This document shows, in pieces, positions 27,187 to 36,217 of a stretch of 64,000 nt of DNA. The stretch comes from a virus (lineage: Duplodnaviria > Caudoviricetes): IMG/VR virus record IMGVR_UViG_3300021431_000075, positions 288,001 to 352,000 of that record; one strand, given 5' to 3'. The translations under genes and the position numbers were made by a program. The stretch's first letter is position 1; each line of letters begins with the position of its first letter. A model generated the notes under the pieces. That model had not been told where the DNA came from and did no database searches. It worked only from the letters and a program-made list of their open reading frames with translations.

Positions 27187-28989
27187 ATGTCTGTTATTTT
27201 TTTAAACGAGACTTTGCTGGATAGTGTTGAAGGTGATTCTGTTGAAGATCTTCATGAAGATTTTGAAGTGGACTTTGATGTTTCTTTTTCTATCACGTTT
27301 CCGCATATTGATGAGAATGACAACCAAAAGAAATGCTATAAGAAGAATGATGATTATATTTTGAATAAAGCGAGAGCCATGCTTGAGCATTATTCAAACG
27401 CAGGGCTTGTCAGTGAGTTTTCGGTTAAACGTTCCGAGCGTACAAACATACATTTCAAGATGAGTGGAAATTCTGTTCTTTATGATTTCTGCATGCTGTT
27501 TGTCAAGATGTTTTTGCCGCGGCACTGTTTCAACTCTGAATCAGGTTATATGATACAAGTCTGGTATTCCGACAACAAGATAGTTTCTATTACGAACGGC
27601 ATGGATGAAAGTTTTGATAGGTACAAGACGCTGGTTGTTGGAAGAGCATCAGATATTTGTAATCTGATTAAGAGATATTTTCCGGATGAGACTGAATATG
27701 AGATAGAGCGGACTTTTATTCAGGCATATGCGGAATGGCAGAGGGACGAGGGCGTTGTCAGTGTCGTCAGGATGATCGATTCGTATGATCATTTGAATGA
27801 GAATATAAGAGAGAACATAATAGACAAGTCGGGTAATCTTGTTCTTGACGAGTGGGTTACAGATGTCTCGTCGGTAAGCGAAGGCATCGCAATCATAAAG
27901 AAAGGGGGTTATGAAAGTTATTATGACATCGCGAAAAGAAAAGCGTTCATGAGCGTTTATTCAGGCGAAGATAATGATTGTCTGAACATGTTTAGGGACG
28001 GGCTTGCTTGTGTTGTTGCTGGCTCGAAGTGCAAGTTTGTTGATAAGAACGGAAACTATGTGTTTGGCGGCAAGGAGTTTTCAAATGCCGGTTGTTTTGA
28101 TAACGGTTATGCGATAGTTTGGAATGAAGACGATGATACATATAACTTTATCGGCAAGGACGGCAATCTTGTGTCTGAACAGTGGTTCGGAATGTGTCAT
28201 AGTTTTAAAGACGGCTTGGCTGCTGTCGTGTTGAATAACAGCGAAGATGAAAATCCGGACTCTATGGAAGAAGATAAGAATGAGAAGAGGTATAACTATA
28301 TAGACACGAGAGGAAACCTGATTTCCGAAATTCCGTTTTCTTATGCTGGTGATTTCAGCGAGGGGTTCGGTCTCGTTTCTATAAACAATAAGGGGTTCAA
28401 CTATATAGACACGAGAGGAAAACTGATTTCAGGCAAGTGGTTTGATTCGGCGCGACCGTTCAGCGGCGGGTTCGGCATCGTTTCCAAGAATGGGAAAAGC
28501 GTCTACAATTACATAAAGCCGGACGGAACGCTTCTTTTGGACCATTGGTATGACAAGTGTTACGATTTCAAGAACGGGTTTGGCATTGTCAAGGATTATA
28601 AGAGGTTCTTTTATGTTGATTCTAACGGAAATCGAATTTCCGATTCCTATTATGACTTATGCTTCAATTTCTGCGAGGGTTTCGCCGTGGTCTATTCTTC
28701 GTACAAATCCGATACGATGAGAAGATGCTATAACTACATAGACACGAAAGGGGAGTTTCTGTACAAGGACGGGATGTTCATGTCTTGTTATGATTTTGAG
28801 AACGGTCTCGGACTTGTTATGGTTGACAAGGGAAAGTATAACTATCTGGACAAGAACGGAAAACTTGTCTTGAAAGAGTGTATTGATGACTATATGCAAC
28901 TGGAGCGCGTGTCCGATTCGATTTTCAAACTTAATTATGGTGATGGTTCCTGTGTTGATTTGGATGGAGAGATGGTTGTTTTGGTCTAA
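27187..28989 (+). CDS. WG-repeat protein with ETLLD acidic leader
   Basis: FLNETLLDSVEGDSVED; YNYIDTRG repeats; C-terminus VDLDGEMVVLV. Confidence 0.92.
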   Translation: MSVIFLNETLLDSVEGDSVEDLHEDFEVDFDVSFSITFPHIDENDNQKKCYKKNDDYILNKARAMLEHYSNAGLVSEFSVKRSERTNIHFKMSGNSVLYDFCMLFVKMFLPRHCFNSESGYMIQVWYSDNKIVSITNGMDESFDRYKTLVVGRASDICNLIKRYFPDETEYEIERTFIQAYAEWQRDEGVVSVVRMIDSYDHLNENIRENIIDKSGNLVLDEWVTDVSSVSEGIAIIKKGGYESYYDIAKRKAFMSVYSGEDNDCLNMFRDGLACVVAGSKCKFVDKNGNYVFGGKEFSNAGCFDNGYAIVWNEDDDTYNFIGKDGNLVSEQWFGMCHSFKDGLAAVVLNNSEDENPDSMEEDKNEKRYNYIDTRGNLISEIPFSYAGDFSEGFGLVSINNKGFNYIDTRGKLISGKWFDSARPFSGGFGIVSKNGKSVYNYIKPDGTLLLDHWYDKCYDFKNGFGIVKDYKRFFYVDSNGNRISDSYYDLCFNFCEGFAVVYSSYKSDTMRRCYNYIDTKGEFLYKDGMFMSCYDFENGLGLVMVDKGKYNYLDKNGKLVLKECIDDYMQLERVSDSIFKLNYGDGSCVDLDGEMVVLV

Positions 28990-29034
28990 ACGGAAAATTT
29001 CAATAAATATAGAAATGGAAACTGCTTGACTGTG

Positions 29035-30720
29035 ATGTCTGGATATAAGTTCTTGAACGAGACCTTGTTGGATAATGTCGAATCTGATGATGTTGAAGAT
29101 GTTGATGTTGAAACTACTGTTGAAGATTCCGAGTTCAATTATGATTTTAAGTTTGGTTATTCTAAGCCGATGCCTAATTTCTCTAAGCTTGAACTTGACA
29201 AGTTCTTGAATAAGTGTAGATTTATTCACGGCTCCAGAAGAGTTGAGTTTGGCATAAACAATGTAGACTTTTCTTTGAAGTTCTATTCATGTCATTTTGG
29301 TCTTTCCGACTTGTGTGAACTGATAGGATTTGTTGTCGGACTCGTAGGTTTGCATCGTGTGACAGTGTCCGGTTGTTATGAGATGCAAGGCGATGATATA
29401 ACACAGTCGTTCACAATAGACAACGCACAAGACGGTTTAGTTTATATAAGCAGCAAGAAGAAGTTTCTCGGGTTCTTCAAGATATATTTTCCAGATATTC
29501 CGGACAACAGGATTGTGGATGCTCTTGCTGGTAGTGTTGTCAAGCATGTTTATCATAGATTTATGAATACGAGTCCGGACGGTGAATATGTGGTTGTATG
29601 TCTTCAGAACGACTACAATATATTCATGGATGGAAAGCTGCTTTCGGAAGAGTGGTTTTCTTCATGCTCGTTGAATTTTTCTGACGGATTTGCCAAGGTT
29701 AGCAGAGATTATAGAGACAATTATATAGACAAGACCGGAAATCTTTTATCTCCTGAACGCTGGTTCAAACAGTGCTATGAATTTGAAAAGGGATATGGGA
29801 GGGTCGTGATTGACAAGTATGAGAATCTTGTTGATATAAACGGTAATGTTATATTCAAAGAGAATTTCGAATCATGCTTTGTTCCGGACGATGGTTTGTG
29901 CGTTGTTCAGAAAGACGGCAAGTGGAATATTGTCAAGCTGGATGGAAATTATGTTTTGGATGATTTTGCTGTTGATGTGAAATCGCTTGACTCCGGAATG
30001 TTCGGAATACAGTCGGATGACGAATTGTGGTCTATTGTCGATAAGGATGGGAATCCAATAACGACAGATAGGTTCGAAGAATGCCGTTCTTTTAGTTGCG
30101 GTTTCAGTCAGGTCAAGAGGGATGGAAAGTGGAACTATGTCGGACTTGATGGTAAGATTCTTGTGAAAGAACGGTGGTTTGATAGTTGCGCGGAGTTTTG
30201 TTATGGTTATGGAATCGTTACTGATAACGATAAAGAAGATTTTCGCACATATAATTTTATTGACATTCATGGAAATCTCGTTTCTAACGAATGGTATGAA
30301 CACGTATTTGTTGGAAATGGCGGATTTCTTGAGGTCCGTAACGGTATGGATTGCGCAAACTTGCTGAATACAGACGGAAGTCTGTTCTTTGATGAATGGG
30401 TTCATTATATCCATTTGCCTGATGATGACAACGGATGTGCAATAATCGCCAATAAAGACAAAAAAGAGAAGTTTTTGACTCGTGAATTTAGAATGATTCC
30501 TGATGGGGAGTGGCTTGATGAATGCTATCAATTTCGTGGAGAACTGGGTATGGTCAAGAAAGGAAAGAAGTTCAACTACATCAAGAAGGACGGAAGCTTT
30601 GTTTTTGGCAAGAATGACTGGTTTGTTGACAAGTACAAGTTCGAGTTGCGTGGAGACTTGCTTGTAGCAAGGGACGGAACGTGTTTTGATTTTGACGGAA
30701 ACTATGTTTCGACGATTTAG
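29035..30720 (+). CDS. WG-repeat protein with ETLLD acidic leader
   Basis: MSGYKFLNETLLDNVESDDVED; ATAAATA 29003-29009; C-terminus FDFDGNYVSTI. Confidence 0.92.
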   Translation: MSGYKFLNETLLDNVESDDVEDVDVETTVEDSEFNYDFKFGYSKPMPNFSKLELDKFLNKCRFIHGSRRVEFGINNVDFSLKFYSCHFGLSDLCELIGFVVGLVGLHRVTVSGCYEMQGDDITQSFTIDNAQDGLVYISSKKKFLGFFKIYFPDIPDNRIVDALAGSVVKHVYHRFMNTSPDGEYVVVCLQNDYNIFMDGKLLSEEWFSSCSLNFSDGFAKVSRDYRDNYIDKTGNLLSPERWFKQCYEFEKGYGRVVIDKYENLVDINGNVIFKENFESCFVPDDGLCVVQKDGKWNIVKLDGNYVLDDFAVDVKSLDSGMFGIQSDDELWSIVDKDGNPITTDRFEECRSFSCGFSQVKRDGKWNYVGLDGKILVKERWFDSCAEFCYGYGIVTDNDKEDFRTYNFIDIHGNLVSNEWYEHVFVGNGGFLEVRNGMDCANLLNTDGSLFFDEWVHYIHLPDDDNGCAIIANKDKKEKFLTREFRMIPDGEWLDECYQFRGELGMVKKGKKFNYIKKDGSFVFGKNDWFVDKYKFELRGDLLVARDGTCFDFDGNYVSTI

Positions 30721-30741
30721 AAAACTGCAATTTGAGAAAAG

Positions 30742-32340
30742 ATGAAAGATTTGTATATGAACGAGAGTTTGCTTGATGGAGTTGAAACGGATGAAATTGA
30801 AGATGATGTTGATGTAGATGAGAGCAGAGAAGTCATGTTGAAGATTACAACAGACCACATTCGCATTCGTCCGGATAATTTTTACAAGTCAGTTTTCGAT
30901 AGGTTTAGATATGTAAAGAATGTTGACTTTCATCATAATGCGCATATGTTCTTGTTCGAATTTGTGGAAACCGGGATGACGCTTGACGGAATGTTCGCTC
31001 TTTTGTGCAGGTTGATGTTTGTGACGACGAACGAGAAAGTCAATACTACAAGCAGGAATCCAATGAAACGCATATTTTACATATATGATAAACAAGAGAG
31101 ATGGTTCATTTGCAAGTTTTCGTTTAATGATCATAATCCGGATATTTGCTTAGGTGATTCGTTGTTTGATATTGTTGGAGACTATTTTCCGGATAAGAGT
31201 GTAGATGAGATAGTCGGTTCTTTTGTCAAGGAATGTGCCCGTGTTTATTTCTTTGACAACCATGAACAGAACAGTTTTAATGTTTCATATACAGTTAATG
31301 GAAACGAAGTCTCTCGGTTGTTTGATAGGAACGGAAATGTTTTATTTGATAGCGAAAGCGACTTTATATTGTGTGATTGTGATTTCAGAGACGGATTCTT
31401 GCCAGTCAAGAATCCAAACCCTGTACAATACGGTTGTGATTTCAATTATATCGACAAGGAAGGACATTTGTTGTCTGATGTGTGGTACTGGAAGTGCAGA
31501 CCGTTCAATAACGGGTTTGGGACGGTAATGAATGACAAATATCGATGGAACTATATAGACAAGAACGGTGATATATTGACTCCGGATGTGTGGTATGGTA
31601 GATGCGAGCCGTTTTCAGAAGGTTTTGCTCGTGTTTTGAAAGATAACGGTCGTGAGACTTTTGTTGACAAGAACGGTTCAATAATGGATAATGACTATGC
31701 GTATTGTTCTTCTTTTCATGACGGATATTCAATTGTTCAGAATGATAATGGTAAGTTCAATTTCATAGATAAGAAAGGAAATCTGTTAAGTAAGAATGTT
31801 TGGTTTGAATCGTGCCGAAATTTTTCAGAAGGTTTCGGACTGGTTTATGCAGATAATAAGAGAGGCTGGAACTATATAGATAAACATGGGGGATTCTTAT
31901 TAGATGTATGGTGTAGTAATTGCAAATCTTTTCATGGCGGTTTCGGTATAGTAAAATTTGCATCTAATGATGAAGAAACATTTGTGGATAGAAACGGAAA
32001 TTTGCTGGGCAATAAACACTTTAGCAAATGTTATGATTTCAAGGACGGTTTTGCAAAAGTAGAAAATTATAAAGGACAGTTTAATTATATAGACCGATAC
32101 GGCAAAGAGCTGTTCAACAAATGGATTAGCCTCAAATATAATGGTGAATATGTCGGTGGTTTTCTAAAGGTTGAGAATACAGGTGATAATACGGTTAATT
32201 TTATGAATTTGAAAGGAGACTATATCTTGAACAAGTGGATAAATGCAGATGTTTTAGGGTTCCGTGTAGATAACGGGGTGCTGTTCATAAGTGATGGAAC
32301 ATGCGTTGATAGTGATGGAAGTTTTGTTGCTATTGTTTGA
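30742..32340 (+). CDS. WG-repeat protein with ESLLD acidic leader
   Basis: YMNESLLDGVETDEIED; WNYIDKNG repeats; C-terminus VDSDGSFVAIV. Confidence 0.92.
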   Translation: MKDLYMNESLLDGVETDEIEDDVDVDESREVMLKITTDHIRIRPDNFYKSVFDRFRYVKNVDFHHNAHMFLFEFVETGMTLDGMFALLCRLMFVTTNEKVNTTSRNPMKRIFYIYDKQERWFICKFSFNDHNPDICLGDSLFDIVGDYFPDKSVDEIVGSFVKECARVYFFDNHEQNSFNVSYTVNGNEVSRLFDRNGNVLFDSESDFILCDCDFRDGFLPVKNPNPVQYGCDFNYIDKEGHLLSDVWYWKCRPFNNGFGTVMNDKYRWNYIDKNGDILTPDVWYGRCEPFSEGFARVLKDNGRETFVDKNGSIMDNDYAYCSSFHDGYSIVQNDNGKFNFIDKKGNLLSKNVWFESCRNFSEGFGLVYADNKRGWNYIDKHGGFLLDVWCSNCKSFHGGFGIVKFASNDEETFVDRNGNLLGNKHFSKCYDFKDGFAKVENYKGQFNYIDRYGKELFNKWISLKYNGEYVGGFLKVENTGDNTVNFMNLKGDYILNKWINADVLGFRVDNGVLFISDGTCVDSDGSFVAIV

Positions 32341-32375
32341 GATTGTCTTAATGTTCGTTTGTTGAAAAAATAAAC

Positions 32376-32414
32376 AAAGTCGCTGTTTTTCTATTTGGAG
32401 AAACAGCGACTTTT
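32376..32414. terminator. Bidirectional terminator (AAAGTCG...CGACTTTT type)
   Basis: AAAGTCGCTGTTT...AAACAGCGACTTTT between convergent genes. Confidence 0.75.
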
Positions 32415-32440
32415 CAGTTCTAACTGCAATAGTCAGATTT

Positions 32441-33625
32441 CTATTGTTTCGGAATCACTCTCATATTGAATTGTATACTCATCGTGAGCCAGTCAGGTGG
32501 AGCGATGTGCATCATCGTTTTTCCGAATTCATCATAGCCTGTGCTGTCGATGTACTTGTCGTCTTCTTCGTTTGTCAAGCGACCGTGCTCGTCGATGTCC
32601 ATCAAGCTCTTTGATTTCGCGTTGATGTAGTTTCCCTTGTATGGAACGAAAGCGCGGAAGTCCTTTCCGTCATGGTACAGATATGCGTATGCAGGGATTG
32701 TTGCGAGCTTTTTGAGTTCATAGTTGACCTTTGTCATCATAAGAACCATATACGGAACCATCTGATCCGTTAAGAACAGTTCCTTGATATAGAACTTCAC
32801 ATCATCATCGATGTTGATTTTTGACGTGATGTCCTTGAATGCTTTTGCAAACTTCTTGTTTGACTTGAACTGATCAATTCTTTTGTTCTTCATTTGTTCA
32901 AAAGATATGTTCTTTTCTTCACCGAATATCGCCAGCTCGAAGAGTTTCAAAAATTCTTCATCGCTCATTACTTTTCCGTATCTTCCGGGTTTTGCATCGG
33001 GAAGGTTGCCGTTGAAAATGAATCTTGCACTGTCGTCTTTGGTTTTGCTGGTGGTATTCTTCTCTTGTTTGAAATCAACAAGTTTGAAGAATTCCTTTGC
33101 TTGTCTTTTGTAGTCGGCAAGAGATTGATAGACTGTATTGTCTTCTATGTCTCCGTCTTCATCGAATTCCTTTGCGGTTGGAGAGTTGACAAATTCTTTG
33201 ATTTCTTCACACATGCCGAACAAAAGGTCTTGGTTCTCGCTCAATGCATAGTGACAGAAAATCTTGAAAAAGAAGTAACCGCAATCTTGTTCAGAATCAT
33301 ATTCGTCGGCATTTGTTATGTCATATATGTCGCCATAACCTTCCGGCTGCTCTTCTCTGTTGTCTTTGTGACTGAAGTAATCCTGAACGTCAAATCCGTA
33401 CTTATCGTTAATGACTTTATGGAATGTTTTGAAAGACCCGGGGAAGTTCTTCTTGGCATAGTCCATGAATAGCTTCTGGTTGGCTTTGCTGCTGAAGAAA
33501 TTTTCACCATAATATCTGAATTCTGCAACATCGCATAATCCTTCTTCATAAAGTTCTGCTGGAGTTCCGTACAGGTTAGCTAACATCATAACCTGATTTT
33601 CTGTAGGGTTTTTGATAGTTTTCAT
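32441..33625 (-). CDS. hypothetical protein
   Basis: Long ORF; ATG 33625 (MKTIKN) fits the upstream promoter. Confidence 0.8.
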   Translation of the reverse strand: MKTIKNPTENQVMMLANLYGTPAELYEEGLCDVAEFRYYGENFFSSKANQKLFMDYAKKNFPGSFKTFHKVINDKYGFDVQDYFSHKDNREEQPEGYGDIYDITNADEYDSEQDCGYFFFKIFCHYALSENQDLLFGMCEEIKEFVNSPTAKEFDEDGDIEDNTVYQSLADYKRQAKEFFKLVDFKQEKNTTSKTKDDSARFIFNGNLPDAKPGRYGKVMSDEEFLKLFELAIFGEEKNISFEQMKNKRIDQFKSNKKFAKAFKDITSKINIDDDVKFYIKELFLTDQMVPYMVLMMTKVNYELKKLATIPAYAYLYHDGKDFRAFVPYKGNYINAKSKSLMDIDEHGRLTNEEDDKYIDSTGYDEFGKTMMHIAPPDWLTMSIQFNMRVIPKQ

Positions 33626-33673
33626 TGCTTTTTTGTTTTTGATTGTTTGTAATTGGTTGAATTGTTTATGTTG

Positions 33674-33705
33674 CAAATTTAAGCGTTTGTGATGGTTGCT
33701 GCAAG
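33674..33705 (-). promoter_or_regulatory. Bacteroidota primary-sigma promoter
   Basis: CTTG-N20-TAAATTTG. Confidence 0.6.
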
Positions 33706-33766
33706 ATAAAATGCTTTAAATGTTTATATTTTAAGATAGTTTAACAAAACATGTTTGAAACGATAA

Positions 33767-34225
33767 TTAAGATTTATCTTTTCTTAAAAATTCAAGAACT
33801 TTTTTGAGTGTTGGCGGAATTTCTGTGAAGTCTGATTGGGTTGCGTCAAGCGCATAGTTCGGTTTGTTCTTGAAATCTGTGAAGAAACCTATTTGCTCTT
33901 TGCCGATTTCGACAGAGACGAGTCCGGTTTGTTCAGTCTCGAAATCAAGGACTACGGAGCCGTACAGTGTCGGATAGACATCTTCCGGGTCGAGTTGTGT
34001 GAAACCTTCTTTGAAAGCATTTTCGACAAAACTGAACGTGTTTCTGATTGTCTGTTCGGATGGAACAGCTGCATCATATCCGTCCCAGTTTTCATCAAGA
34101 CATGCAATCGTATGCAGTTTTGCTTTGATTTGCCGGAGTTGAGAATCACAGTCGTTTTCTTGAGAATCTGCCATATGTTGATGGACTTTCTCTTTGATAA
34201 TTTTAAATAGTTCTGAAGTTTCCAT
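33767..34225 (-). CDS. hypothetical protein (ENWDGYDA motif)
   Basis: 152 aa ORF with its own promoter. Confidence 0.75.
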   Translation of the reverse strand: METSELFKIIKEKVHQHMADSQENDCDSQLRQIKAKLHTIACLDENWDGYDAAVPSEQTIRNTFSFVENAFKEGFTQLDPEDVYPTLYGSVVLDFETEQTGLVSVEIGKEQIGFFTDFKNKPNYALDATQSDFTEIPPTLKKVLEFLRKDKS

Positions 34226-34276
34226 TTTGCTTTTTAATTAAGTTGATTGAAATTTAAGTTGAATGAAATTTTTCTG

Positions 34277-34307
34277 CAAAAATATTGATAAATTTTGAAA
34301 CTTCAAA
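34277..34307 (-). promoter_or_regulatory. Bacteroidota primary-sigma promoter
   Basis: TTTG-N19-TATTTTTG. Confidence 0.6.
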
Positions 34308-34343
34308 AAAATAGACATAAAAAATAAACATATGTAAATAAAG

Positions 34344-34377
34344 AAAACCGGAATCTGTTGTTGTAGAATCCGGTTTT
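34344..34377. terminator. Terminator hairpin, duplicated at 35088-35121
   Basis: AAAACCGG...CCGGTTTT. Confidence 0.65.
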
Positions 34378-34403
34378 GATAGTAATATTTTTTTGAATTT
34401 TTA

Positions 34404-35009
34404 TTAGATTATGCTGTTGAGTATTTCTGAATAGCCTTTGAAATATGGATATTGTCTTTCAATATAGAAGTTTGCATCTCTATCATCATTTACGTCATCA
34501 CGCTGATTTTTGTCAAGACTTATCCATCCGTTATCCAGTGCTTTGTTATATGCGCATTGATGGAGAATTACGAAAGCAAGTTCTGATTCGTTTAATTTTT
34601 CGATGAAATTATAGTTCAGAAACATATAATTTTTATATTCATCATAAGCAGCAGTGTCAATTTCATCTGTGATTATATATTTCTTTGGCGCAAATGGTAT
34701 GTATAACTCATTGTATGCATTAGGAACTTCTGTCTTGATAAAATTAATTGCAATCTTTATTAATCTATCTCCCAAAACACTAAATCGGTGGTTTTTTAAT
34801 CTTGTTGATGACATTTTTAATCGATCTTGACGCCAATCATCTTTTTTATGAGGAAAATGACTATAACCTTGTTTTTCATCTTTTATGATTCTTTCTGCAT
34901 CTTCTTTGGAAATCAAATTAACGGTAGATTCATTAAGTCTTCTCTTGACAACTTTTGCGACATCTCTCATGATGCTCTCATATAGTGTTTTCTTATTTTG
35001 CCTTTTCAT
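34404..35009 (-). CDS. LYESI-leader protein with DUF2201-N-like (probably inactive) metallopeptidase domain
   Basis: MKRQNKKTLYESIMRDVAKVVKRRLNE; DTAAYD...LNYNF...ELAFVILHQCAY, where HExxH is replaced by HQxxY; ATAAATA 35032-35038. Confidence 0.7.
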   Translation of the reverse strand: MKRQNKKTLYESIMRDVAKVVKRRLNESTVNLISKEDAERIIKDEKQGYSHFPHKKDDWRQDRLKMSSTRLKNHRFSVLGDRLIKIAINFIKTEVPNAYNELYIPFAPKKYIITDEIDTAAYDEYKNYMFLNYNFIEKLNESELAFVILHQCAYNKALDNGWISLDKNQRDDVNDDRDANFYIERQYPYFKGYSEILNSII

Positions 35010-35268
35010 TTAATAAAAAATGCATTTTGTTTATTTATTGCACAAAAAGGATTTTTGAGCACATTATCGTTTTGTTGTTGGATAAAGAAAACCGGAAACT
35101 ACTGTTGTAGAATCCGGTTTTAGGTAATAATTCTTTTGAAATTTGTTTTTAGATTATGCTGTTGAGTATTCTTTCACTTAGATTGAAATGCTCATACCAC
35201 CTACAATAAGTGGATTCTTGAAGAATACTATCTCGTTATTTGTTTGCTTATAATATCTTATTGTCATA

Positions 35269-35943
35269 TCAATTTTGATCGTATTTATTCATGTCTATTT
35301 GGTGGTTATGTATCATTTCATCTGTAGTTAATAATCTATTATATATACGGATTTGATATATTATTCCGTTCAGATAAAAATTTCCGTATGTACCAGTACT
35401 TCTGCTTCCTAAATATGCTACACTACCAGATTTAGACCAATACGTACCACTCGAAGCAAAACTTCCAATATTTCCATTAACTATATTTGCTGGACTACTC
35501 CCATAATGGACAGAGTTTGCAATAAAACCAGTTGATATAGGTATTTTATTATAGTTTTTATTTGTCGACATACTACATAGACAATTTGCTGTAGTATTAT
35601 GAAAACCGTACATTATTGTATTAGAACCCCCACTTTCCAATACAAATTGACTTTTACTTGCTCTCACATAAATAGCAACTTCAATAGTAGATGTATCAAC
35701 TGGATAATTCAAACTGACGCTTGCAACGCCTTTGCTATTTGTACCATTGAATACTACACCACCAAGAGAATCAACTGTTACATTTGACGTTGCAAAACTT
35801 ACACCGCCTTTCTTATCAACCCAAGTGTTAAGTGTAGGATTATAGTTAGCACAGTCCAAATGAAATACAAGTCCATATTGAATATAATCTTCATCTTGAT
35901 TGTTGGTATTGGCTGCTATCATTAATTTTCGTCTGAAACTCAT
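35269..35943 (-). CDS. LamG/concanavalin A-like domain protein
   Basis: GLVFHLD...W...VFNG...YLG...LNGIIYQIRIYNRLLTTDE. Confidence 0.8.
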   Translation of the reverse strand: MSFRRKLMIAANTNNQDEDYIQYGLVFHLDCANYNPTLNTWVDKKGGVSFATSNVTVDSLGGVVFNGTNSKGVASVSLNYPVDTSTIEVAIYVRASKSQFVLESGGSNTIMYGFHNTTANCLCSMSTNKNYNKIPISTGFIANSVHYGSSPANIVNGNIGSFASSGTYWSKSGSVAYLGSRSTGTYGNFYLNGIIYQIRIYNRLLTTDEMIHNHQIDMNKYDQN

Positions 35944-35958
35944 AACAATTTCCTTTTC

Positions 35959-36137
35959 ATGATTCTTTCTGCATCTTCTTTGTAAATCAAATTAACGTTA
36001 AATTCGTTAAGTTTTCTCTTGACGACTATTGCAACATCTCTCATCTCATAATGTTTTTCGTAGAGAGATTTCTTAATTTTTTATTTAATAAAAATACATT
36101 TTGTTTATTTATTGCACAAAAAAAAAAGGATTTTTGA
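35959..36137 (-). pseudogene. Decayed copy of the 5' end and promoter of 34404..35009
   Basis: Aligns by eye with 34885-35058 (RDVAIVVKRKLNEFNVNLIYKEDAERI); original start lost and frameshifted; ATAAATA 36106-36112 kept. Confidence 0.8.
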
Positions 36138-36217
36138 ACATACTTGATGCACTTTTTTGTAAAATTGCATCTAAAAAAATAAATATCTTATAATATCAAA
36201 CATAGAAAGACAAACCA

